A program made the position numbers and the translations under genes. The notes under the pieces are model-generated. The model made no database searches, was not told where the DNA came from, and saw only the letters and a program-made list of their open reading frames with translations. This document shows, piece by piece, positions 10,442-21,089 of a DNA stretch of 64,000 bases. The stretch's first letter is position 1, and every line of letters begins with the position of its first letter. This DNA is from Perkinsus chesapeaki ATCC PRA-425 (lineage: Eukaryota > Protista > Perkinsozoa): contig JAAPAO010000095.1 in the NCBI GenBank assembly GCA_013115145.1, positions 16,005-80,004 of the forward strand. Reading direction: 5' to 3'.

Positions 10442-13269
10442 TTACAATCCTTCAAAGGAGAACTCATTCAAGTCATCGTTCTGATCATCCATCAAATCAG
10501 ACAAACCATCCGAGCTGAGGGCCCTGTGGACTGCCTCTCGTCGACGAGCTTCATTAGTGGTGGGGTGGAAGCTGTAGCCTTTCTCCTGCGGTGCGCGTCG
10601 TGACCCTCGGGAAGTGAAATTGAAGGGTTGTGGGACCGTGAGAGTTGGAGCCCATTCTTTGGGTTGCGATTCGGCGCGCATTGTCGATGCTTGCTGTATC
10701 TGCTTCTCCTTGAGCCGGGCTCTGAAACATCACCGGCTTTAGCCACTATCAAAATGGCGTGTTCACTCGGCCGCCCTTTCCCGATATTCCATGTAACGGT
10801 TTAGTCCGCTCACTAAGATTGGCCCTCCTGGTGCAGCCGAGCATGAGCTCATCGTGGACGTACCTGACACTAAGTACCCATCCGCGAGGTTTGTCGATCA
10901 CTTTGCAAAAGTGTTCGTCGAGTAGTGTGGCCTTCTGCTGATGCCCTCGGAGTGAATGTACACTCTCTCAGTTCGTCAGCCTGCCTCTCTTGCCGCTTCG
11001 CCTCAATTTTCTGTTGTCTTCGTTGCTGCTCCTTCTGAATGTCAGCTGAAATGTCATCGCTGTCATCCCCAACTCCATCATCATCTCACTCATCAGTCTC
11101 GTGGGGTCAGAGAAGTTGTAGTGGCTTCTGATGTGCTGGTATGAGCTCTGCCTCCGCTGGCCCAGCGACGCCTCGTGCCTGAGGACACCTCCCCTCGTGC
11201 GATATCAGCATGCGCTCCTCACCCTCCAGAGACGTCACATGCATTCTCCCGATTCTCGTTCAGTCTAGCGGCATCCTGATACAGCCTTTCATAAACCTCA
11301 TTCCTCTGGGGCCTCGAGGCGGTGAGCTCTCGAGATCTTGTGTTCAACTTAGGTCGGAAAGTGCACTCTTGTGGCTCTTGTGATCGAAGGAGCTCCTGCT
11401 TTTCTCTGAGCGTCAGCCATACCGTACACCACCTATACAGCTGCTTACTGTCTCCTCTTAGCATCAACGCATTCAATCCTGTGGGCTCGACTACGTGGAG
11501 ACTCGCCTGTTCGATTCGAATTTGGCGAATTCTCACAAGTCTTCCCTTACCTGCTGTTATGGCCACGGATACCGGATTGATGGCTGGTTTGAATGTACAC
11601 TCGGCATCTGGTAGAGCCGCCTCGATGCTGGCTTTAGCTGAACTAGCATGGGCGAACTGCTCTAGAATGGAAATGTGTAATTGGCGGTATGCCTCTTCAT
11701 GCCGACCTTGTCTCTCCATGAATCGTCTAATCCTCCTTTTTCTCTCGTCGGCTGTCAGCTGGTCCCCTATCTCATCGGCATCCCTCGCCGTCCCTTCTCC
11801 CCGGCCAGCTCCTCGTCCCCGCAGCAGGCGTTCCTCAACTGGTAGGTTAACCGTTGCTTCTACGAGGGCACTGTCATTTGACCCGCCAAACTGTGTACCG
11901 TGTGCTCTGCGTCGTTCGAGCATCCTCAAGCTTCGATTATTAAGCTTTGGTGTAAAAGTGGCTTCCTTTCTTATTTCAGCCTCAGCTTCTCGCCGTCTCA
12001 GCTGTAACCGTTCCTTGTGCAACTGCTGAACTGATTGGTATCTAACGCAGCGTTTTACAATGACAGTGGCTACTCATACAGGACAGCCAATAGCGTACAA
12101 TATCTACAATTATCTTATATGAGGTGGAGTGTCACTTGCCTTTGCTCGATCGGAATCCTATCATTTGGATGAGGGACGACTCTCGACGGCCGCACCGCAG
12201 GTCTGAATAAGCAATTCAAGGCTGGCCCAGTGGTAGATCAGGTATACGGACCTGAAGGTATAGCCCTCGAGCTCTCTAGCAGCCTTGTTCTGAAGCTCTT
12301 TCTCTCGTAAGGCACCACGACGTTGGGCTTCGGAGTGCAGCCGATCAGCCAGCTGCCGGGGTGTTGCTGATGACAATGCCGATCGGATGATAGCCTCTCT
12401 CCCCAGCCCACTTGGTCTCGTTCCCTCGACAAGTTTTCGACTGCGCGTGCTGATCTTAGGAGTGAAGCTGCATTTGTTTGCTGCTCGCTCGCGCTCTTCT
12501 TTCTCAGCCATCCGACGATGTCGCTCCTACAGTGATCTCTTCAGCTACACCAAGTCTACAAACATGTTCACCCTGGCATGAGTGCGAAGCCACAGGTCCA
12601 CTTTGCCGTTGAACTCGTTCGCATTGATAGTCTTCTTTTTAGGAATTTCCCTGAAACCAATTTAGTGAAACACAGATCCTTCACAGACCCGAAGGGCGTG
12701 TTTTTTCTTACCCTTTTCTGCCGTTCCGTGGAGTCCTTGTAACTTCTTCTTCTTCTCTTGCCTCTTGTGCTGTCTCCTCTGGATGGTACTCCCGTCGTTG
12801 CTCCTCGTGTATCTGCCAGAAGGAGAGCCTTTGTCATCGTATGCTTCAGCTTCCATATCCCCGTTATAAAACCCACAGCTCCATTATGCCGCCCGAGTCT
12901 CCGTCTATCCCTCTCGTCTACTAGTTGCTGCATGATGCCTTCACTACCAATTTTTCGATGACTGTAGTTGGCCGATGCTGGCCATCGCGAGTCCCTCTCG
13001 GCAAGAAGCTGCTGTAGGGCCTGCTGGGCAGCGTGCATCACTGATAAGGCAAATATTTACACTGCAGGTGTGTTGATGTTGTCCATCACCAAAGCTCACG
13101 TTTACAGGGGATACGTCAAGGCTGTCTAACCGTAACTGAGAAGTATCATTATCCCCACACGCAGTGGTTTGTGTGATGCTACGTCAGAGGAGATCCTCGA
13201 CTCTCTAGCCTGTAGGTATCTCTCGCTGTCCGCTATCGATGCTTCAATATCGCTGAATGTGGCATGCAT
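10442..13269 (-). CDS. Charged coiled-coil protein with repeated (C/A)TF(K/R/T)PK(I/L)N and ERLY motifs and a C-terminal TVPQPFNF (TPX2-like microtubule-binding repeats)
   Basis: Motifs ATFTPKLN, CTFKPAIN, CTFRPKLN, CSFTPKIS, ERLYQDA and LTVPQPFNF occur in ORFs 10442..10681, 11219..12022 and 12161..12511. The start at 13269 (MHATFSDIE) is tentative. Confidence 0.6.
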
Positions 13270-13779
13270 AAACCGATAATGGCAGCAACACCTGCATTGT
13301 CAAGGTTTACTCAACAGGTGCAGGTAGTTATTATGCTCCAAGCAGAGTGTGATGAGATGCCAGCCTAATGTGTTTTTTCACGTCCATCTCGTGTACAACG
13401 TGTGCTGCCGGCAAAGCTCAGCTGGTCGACTATGGTATTCTACTAGAACTTCATAGCTCTGCTAGTAATTGACAACGCAGCAACTGGGCGAGGAAACGCT
13501 TTACATACTACATCTTCGGCAGCATGACTACACTAGCGGCTCGTTTCGAGGTAAATTAGTGTAGCGACTCAAAGTACCTTCCAAAGCTAACGTCCTTCTA
13601 CAGGATTGCATTTACCTGGCTTAACATTTCCAGTACAAGACAGATCCTCGTGTACTGCATACGAGGAGGGGGTGCGGGAAATGCCTAGTTGGCACTCTTT
13701 TCCGGCACATAATAATAGAGAAGCCTGTGGCGCAAGACAACTGCGGTGACATCTAATATCGTGGACGACATAATCTAAC

Positions 13780-13853
13780 GCTGGAATGGTCTAGTTGGTT
13801 ATGACGAGCGCCTCACACGCGATAGGTCCCGAGTTCGAGTCTCGGTTCCAGTA
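13780..13853 (+). tRNA. tRNA-Val(CAC)
   Basis: GCTGGAA TG GTC TAGTTGGTTAT GAC G AGCGC CT CAC AC GCGAT AGGTC CCGAG TTCGAGT CTCGG TTCCAGT A folds as a cloverleaf with one G.A mismatch in the anticodon stem. Confidence 0.9.
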
Positions 13854-14232
13854 TTGGTAACAATATTCGATCTGACATGTTCTGGCTTGTGTGTGGAGCA
13901 TCTCTGCCGTGGATCTAAACTCCCACGCAATCCCTAGTCGGCGGAGTTCAGCTTATTCACGCAGCTTCATCAGCCAAAAGACGGCCTAGACGAAAATAGG
14001 GTATTCCTGTGGGAACGTATCGCAGAGGCACCATAGGCCCCTCACGTCGCACTGACTACACCAACTTGCGGAGTGCACGCCGCTTGGTCCAAGCGGCTTG
14101 GATCACGCCACTAGTGTATGCCGCCAATAGCCTGTCAGCTTTTTCCAGCCCTCTCCATAAACTAAGACCGTATTCGTCCATGAAACTTCTCATAATGCAA
14201 AGCAGTGGCCGGCATGCCCATTCAAGAACCTC

Positions 14233-15775
14233 TCAGCTTAAATGTATTCCTGCCGGTTTCCCTTTAGCGTTCATCAGTGATGTGAAGAATGCGTTGTATG
14301 TCTGCTTTCCCGTGACAGCCCCAACCGCAGCTGGATTGCTGCGTTCTGTATGAACCTGAATCCATCGCAACTGGAGCGCAAAGTTCGCGTGGAGTACCGA
14401 AGGATGCTGGCAGACGCAGAGTGCTTGTATCGCCCTCTCCCACCTTAAAAGCACATCCTAAGGTTTCGTCCCAAGGACCGTCAAGATCTACAACGACGAT
14501 ATGACGATCGGTCAGAGCGGGATTCGCCACGAGCCGGGCCTTAACCCCAGAAAAGCCGAGCGATGGTGCTGCGATCTGAAAATACGTCTATGCCTGTTGT
14601 GGACGTGTTCACCTCGAGGTCGGGGTGCCAAAGACGTACCACACTGTACACGGTACAAAGTATCACACCATTCCCAAGCGGCTTTGGCGCAGTAGGTAGC
14701 GCGTAGGTCTCATAATCCTAAGGTCGCGAGTTCGATCCTCGCAGGCCGCATTTTTATCATTAAATGAACATGTTATTCAGGCAAGTCTTGACGGGAAACT
14801 ATCAAGAAACCTGAGTGTTTACCGCGGCACATGCCATAGTATTAACGTTATTAGGCGCCAATGGGCACAGTGTGCGAACATCGCCTTCGTAAACTACCAA
14901 ATCCCCATCTTCACCTGAAACATCACCACTACCCTCTTGACAACCTTGCTCCTCCCTCACCTCTATGATTTTCCAGCAGTGTCGTCATTCGCTCCTTCAA
15001 AGGACCGACAAGTTTAAGGCTATCAGGATGCTTCTTCATGGTTACTGTAAGCCCTCTGAGCGCACCTTACCACACAAAGCCTGTTTACGTGTAACGCAGT
15101 ACCCCGCTGAAGCACGTTCCTACCCTTGGCATCCATTCTACGGATATCCTCCGCTCCCCATAATGCCCCCACAGAAACATACACCGAGTGCCCTGCTCCA
15201 GCAGCTACGAACATCCTACTCGATAAAACTTACCTGACTTAACCGTGGCTGTGCGCACCGACTCTGTAAATCCTTCATCGGCGAAAGCCGTGGGTGACCC
15301 AACATACCTAAGTCGCATACCCCTTAGCATGAGAGCAAAGACTAGTACATATCAGCTTCGGCCAGTACGGTAGAGCACCACTGCTTGGCGACGTCTGGAT
15401 GGCAAACCTAATCTACAGAGTTAACCTGGAGACTGCGAGCGAACAGCGGCTACTTCAGCGACCAAGTCGGGCTTCTTTTGGGAAAAATCGGCAAGGTCCT
15501 TCAATACGCAATCTGCCGGCACTCGACCATCTTGCACGGCCTCCTCCACCTATATTGCTAATTGCTATCCCTCCATAGAGAGCAGGGCTACCGTGCTGAG
15601 ACTTCTATTCCACACAAATGCCAGCTCCAACTCTGAACTATTTCGTATCTCCTCGACAAGGAACCTGCGATGTTCCATTATGGAGGGAGCCCTCCGAGGG
15701 AGACTTCTCGACACTACCGTCCTACTGTCCAAGGTGACCATACCCCATTATCCCAACACGTCGAGGCTTGGCCAT
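14233..15775 (-). CDS. ASPDH: Aspartate dehydrogenase domain-containing protein (ASPDH-like); multi-exon
   Basis: N-terminal Rossmann motif RVGIMGYGHLGQ, then [77 protein letters not shown] and VHTERSNPAAVGAVTG. All are collinear with animal ASPDH as I recall it. Confidence 0.85.
14678..14750 (+). tRNA. tRNA-Met(CAT), elongator type, nested antisense in an ASPDH intron
   Basis: GCGGCTT TG GCGC AGTAGGTA GCGC G TAGGT CT CAT AA TCCTA AGGTC GCGAG TTCGATC CTCGC AGGCCGC A, followed immediately by TTTTT. It lacks the initiator hallmarks (A1-U72, three G-C pairs in the anticodon stem). Confidence 0.95.
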
Positions 15776-15911
15776 AGACCGAAACACTTGCAAGCTCTAG
15801 AGACTTACATAGGATTAACCAACACAACCATGGAGAGGAGATGACAATCCTTAATTTGTCATTCGGACACTCAGACATGCTAATCGCAATCAAGCTCGCG
15901 CAAAAGCGCTT

Positions 15912-17720
15912 TCAGTGTACTATGGCCCTCGTCGTACAACCACAATGCCGCCGATGCTGACCCCTCCTTCTGAGGGCATAAATCTGACCATAGCAGCAAT
16001 CTGTCCCTACTTGTCCTGTGTGACCCCTGTTTCCCGGTAACGGAGCTGGGCGGTGGTCTAAATTCGAGTACCTGTTTCCCCTAGTAAAAAGCATCACCCG
16101 GAAGGCATATCCTTACATTCTTTCCCGCTGGTTTTTATTCCACAGAGCAGATCCACTACTCCCATTCTGCCTAACTGGTCTAAACACTGCCCTACGACTG
16201 GCCTCTGCTTCCAACTCCAACGCTCGTTGCTCCGCCGATAACCTCTCCTCATCACGTCTTTGCCTCCTCTCAGCAGAGTCCCCGTACCTATCCGTATGCC
16301 CAATATTACCCCACACCAACACCCATCACTACAGCCTATCAAAGGTCTCATTGAGAGCTTCGGCCGTAACCTGCCGTGATGCATGGACCGAGCATGTTCT
16401 AGTATTGAACTCCTCCCATGTCTCCTCTTGTGCTATCGCCTTGAATTCCCGACTAGGAGGGGCAAACCTAGCCCGGTACCTGGCACAAAGCAGCCTTTTA
16501 CTTCCGAGAGCCAACTGAACCTACAGTCGCTCATGTACAGCAGCCCCACTAGCCGAAGCCAATCTCTTGGTACCAGTAGATGTAGCTCGGATATCTTCAG
16601 CCAACTCCAGCAGCTCCTTCCTGGTAAGGAGTCCCCATAACACAATCCCATATAGTACTAGTACCTTTCCATACGATGCCTTTGCCGTTCCATTCGATCA
16701 GCAGCATCCTTATATAGACTAGCCACTCGAGCTTGAAGATCTGCCTCTAGCGGGGTTCTCTGCCCTAGTCTCTTCTCCTTAACCTCCTCATCTACACTTG
16801 CCATCGAGCAATGTTTCCCCCTCTTAGCCATCCTCTTGGTAACCCTCAAACTCCGCGGTGTCGGCAGGGACCTCCCTCTAGAGAGCTTCCCTATTGTACG
16901 ATGAGTTCGCTGCCTATCTTCCTCCCTAGCTGCCTCCTCTCGGGCTTGCCTCCGCTCACTAAGTCTATGTTGGTCCTGGTACCTAAGCACACTTCTCTCT
17001 ACCACTTTCCCAACGGTCTAATTACAGTTTTTCCCAGACCTCTGCGTTAGGCTTCTTTGGTCTTCCCCCCACTAGCTCCCTGCATTCCAAATACAACCAA
17101 GCAGTCTATCATTGCTTTCACCCATTAGCCATATTATCTATTTCCTTCTGTTGTTGGACTATTGCCTCAGCTATTGCTTTCTGTCTCCCTTTAAAGTCCC
17201 TAGATATCGAATCAGTTACGGTTATTGTAAGCTATCTTTTATTACTCATATAGGCGGTTGATGTGCTCTATATCGAGCTTTCTATCACGAGGGCAGCCCC
17301 CTGGTTTAGCCATTTCGGTAAACTCCTCAACTTGAGCTGCTCTTTGTTCATCGACATGCTTTTGTCTCAAAGCGTATCTTTTATCAGCATGAAAGCCCCT
17401 AATCAACCTCCATCGGCCCTACCCTTTATATAACCTATCGAAGGTATCCCCGCTAGCCTTCCTCCTCCTTCTAGGCAGTTTTATCGTCTCCTCTTCCTTC
17501 CTAGATTGCTCTGCCATCCACTTCTCTCGTTCTTGTCTAAGCCGTTCCCTTTGTTCCTAACACCACAGCTCCCTCCCCCCAGTCCTGTACCCTTATTACC
17601 GCTGCCTGATGGTAAAGCCGCTCAAATACCCTATTGGTCATATAACATTAAAGTAGCCTGAAATCTAACACCCCTATCGAGCCCTCCTTACTGTGCAGCG
17701 GTAATAAACACCCGCGAGCA
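15912..17720 (-). CDS. Hypothetical charged coiled-coil protein with repeated (F)DRLY/ERLY motifs; multi-exon, ends uncertain
   Basis: Exons translate to VFERLYHQAA, DTFDRLYKG, HINRLYE, VASLYKDAADR and TFDRL|YGDSAERRQRR. Confidence 0.5.
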
Positions 17721-18127
17721 TCTTTTTGGTTGCCTAACTACTCTACATGATATACTAGCATTCATTCAGTAGCAATTACGTGTCCCCATATACAAACGAT
17801 TGCTGCTAGACTAATCGGAATACTTTAACGTAATGTTGGTAGACCGAAAATGCTGCGCGCATGCGGGCGCGCGAGATTCTTTCGCACTCACAACTTTTTA
17901 GACAAATTGTTGAGTTTTCGCTTGGCTCACTAGTAGTAAGCGTTCCATTGCTTATCCTCCTCAATCGAGCATACTATAATTCTCCACCACTTTGACTGTC
18001 TAATAAGCTCCCTCTCAGTAGTATCGGTAAAATACCATTCATTTGCGGCTATGTGATGATGTATCCTTGTGTCGCTAGCTTGTGCTATTAGTAACATCTG
18101 GTAACACTTGCAAGTTGTAAAATATTC

Positions 18128-21089
18128 ATGTCTTCATCGTCCTCGTCTGGATCAGCGCCGACCCCTCACATAGATGATGTGGAGGGGTCCCGGCCAGCTT
18201 TAGTTGTCCCTAAAGTGAAGCTTCCGCCGATTCTTCCTATATTCCAGCGCGAGGCGGTCTTGGTAACACCCACTGTGTTTCACTTTTCCCACTCAAGCCC
18301 CTCTTCCTCTTTAGGCGTTCTCCCTGGCTCTTTGTATCTTCGCTGCATGCTCTTTCTTCACTATGAACCTATCATGGGCCTATCAGCCGGATCAGAAGGG
18401 TAACAGTCAACATTAACGATGACTTCCAAAGCCATTGCTACTTTATAGGTTACGAAGTCCCGTTGGCTAATTGCCCGGCCTTCCCAGAATCCTTTACCAT
18501 AAGCCATGCTGAGGCACCATCAGGTCCAACGTGTAAATTGGAGATATTGCAAAATGGATGGAACGAGATGGTCATGTACAACTCCAGTATCTATCCCCTT
18601 CCCAGCGACACACCACTTGATAAATCTCTCAACGATTGCCGACTTCCCCAGAATGGTGAACAGAACTATGAGTGCTTCCCCCAGTACCCGTGCCATCAAG
18701 CCTGCCGTAGAGTAGATGATTCGGAGACGTATTATCTTGGTGAATGCCCCGATCCGGCATCACTACCAGATATTGGCAATGACGTGATGAAGCCCGGTAT
18801 ACCGAAATGTCAGGTCAAGCTATCGCCGAACTCTCCTTGGGAGACTCTCTTCTGTAAAGAGGTAACAACATAATGATCAAGCATGTCAAAGATTCTATCT
18901 TTCAGGTTCTTACCATGCCTTACTGTTCTAGCAAGTATGATATTACACCCTCTAACATCCTTGGTATGAGAGGCATCATCCTGGCTGGCATGCTATTAGT
19001 GGTTATATGGTTCTGTGCTGAATGGGTGTTATGGTATGTCGACCTCAACCTGCGTAAAGAGAAAGCAGAGGGTATGGCCCGAATGGAGCGTGAGCTTCCA
19101 CAGAAGAGGCTTTATCTGCGGCAGCAAGTTGAAGGGCATTGGCGGGATGAGTATAACAACGCCACGGCTAGCCCAGAGGATTCGGGCAGCCTGTCAGTGT
19201 GCATCGCCCCAGCAGTGGACGAGGAAGAGTTTGAGGGTTTACCTGATGATGAGATCAACAACTACGTCTCGAGGGATCCTGCGATGAGGTTCCAATCTGA
19301 GACCTGGAAGCGGCGGTTAACCCAGTGGAAGGCGTGCAAAGCTGCAGCCAAGCGGAGGCACAGGATTCGCCAGATATTCTACGTGGCTGGCCTCAACATC
19401 TTCTTCCTTTGGCTCCTTATCGCCACCCTCTATATCGTACTATATTACTCGCCTCAGAACATCCTTGCCACTACTAGGAATGTAGCTGATGACCTCTATG
19501 GTGAAGTATCTATATGGAACGCTCATTCATGGTTGGATATCCTTATCTTTATCGATGTCCTCCTCGATACCTTCCTATTCCTCATCGCATGCGTATTTGT
19601 CAAGTGGCCTCGTGCTCCGGTATATACTCGTCACGTCCAACAAATAGTAGCTAAGAAGAAGCAGCAAGGCAGTAGTAGCCGTGACCGTACCGGTTCATCG
19701 GAGGTCGGTGATGTCAAGTCTAGGGCTGTGTATGTTGGTGAGGACGGCATCCCGTCCCCACTAAGTGATGACCTCATTTCGGATTGCACCTCAAGCTCAG
19801 CATCTGGCTCCGAGGAGATTGTGATGAAGCAAACTCTTGCGTACGATTGTTGTCTGATGATCGCCTGCCATCTTTCTGCGATGACAGAAGAGCGGTATGA
19901 GACGTTCACTGGTACCTTGCGGGCTGCATTGATGGTGTTCCCTCCTAGCCACATCTTTGTCTGTGATAATGGTGGCGATACTCACCCCGAAGATGAGACT
20001 CAGTGGGCAACACAACAGGTTCATCCTGATATCAATTACGTGTACATACCAGAAGGCAATAAGACATTTGCATTCTACTGGGTTAATAAGTACTGGATAC
20101 CTTATCTGGCCCAAAACGGTAGGATACCTGACTTCAAGTACTCTGTTATGATTGATGATGATGTGCCTTTGCCTGCCGATCTTTATATCCCTCACGAGCA
20201 GCTGAGAGCCAATCCTAACATTAAGGCCGTGCACTTCCCTATCACAGCGACTACTCCTGATGGTAAGCCTACTATGTTGGTGAAGATGCAAGATATCGAG
20301 TATAAGATGGCAGCAGTTCACAAGCAATTCCAGGCTAAAATGGCACGAGCTCTGTCCTGCCATGGTGCCGTGTCGCTATGGGATCGTGAGGCCCTTGATG
20401 AGGTTCTCTATGAGCATGATACTGTCTTTAATGGTGAGGATATGTATATGGGGTTGACTCTTTTGAGGAAGCGTGATGAATCTACGATTATTTCCTGTGC
20501 GCAGACAATCGTACCTACCTACGCCCCAGACACTTGGCCTGTCCTTTTCCGGCAAAGAGTTAAATCGTGGGATGTTACTTCACACAAGAAGACCTTCACT
20601 TATCTCTGGGAAGTTATTAATCCTCGTTCCTTCTGCCATGGTGCATCATTGGTGTTGAAGCCATACTTCCTTCAAGAACTACTTTGTATATGTTTGGACT
20701 GGTTGCGTACCTTCCTACTATGTGGTCTACTATTCCGTGACTGGCTTGGTCTCATTCTAATGACTCTTGTTTTCACTGCTCTCCTATACGTACAAGTCTT
20801 TGTCTTTGAGGTATTCGTTCTACGTGATCGACATGACCTCAGGTCCGGTGTGATTGATTTCATCCTGTTCCCTTGGTACCGACTCCAATCGTTGCTATTT
20901 AGAATATGCGCTCTTTGCCAGAACCTATTGGTTTACAGCCATCAAAGAAAGAATGTTAAGATTGGTGTGCGTGAGCGTAAAATTCATGATATTCCTCCAA
21001 CGCCACCTCATTCCGATGTGGATTGGTTCTCGGTGTGGGAGGATGACGAGCAGGATTCTCGTCAGCAGCAACCACAGGAGAGTTCGTAG
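18128..21089 (+). CDS. Multi-pass membrane glycosyltransferase family 2 (processive beta-glycan synthase-like) with a Cys-rich extracytoplasmic domain; 3 short introns
   Basis: GT2 motifs in order: FVCDNG, EGNKTFA, MIDDDVPLP (DxD), QDIEY, SCHGAVSLW, GEDM and RQRVKSWD (QxxRW-like). Hydrophobic segments flank the catalytic domain. Introns join ORFs 18128, 18463 and 18873. Confidence 0.8.

Noticed and set aside
13610-13680. ATTTACCTGGC resembling the U1 snRNA 5' end, with nearby small hairpins
   Set aside because: Only about 10 nt match. No U1 stem-loop, loop motif or Sm site follows.
14440-14530. HAD/NIF-like motif IVVVDLDG as a separate phosphatase remnant
   Set aside because: It is an internal exon of the ASPDH-like gene.
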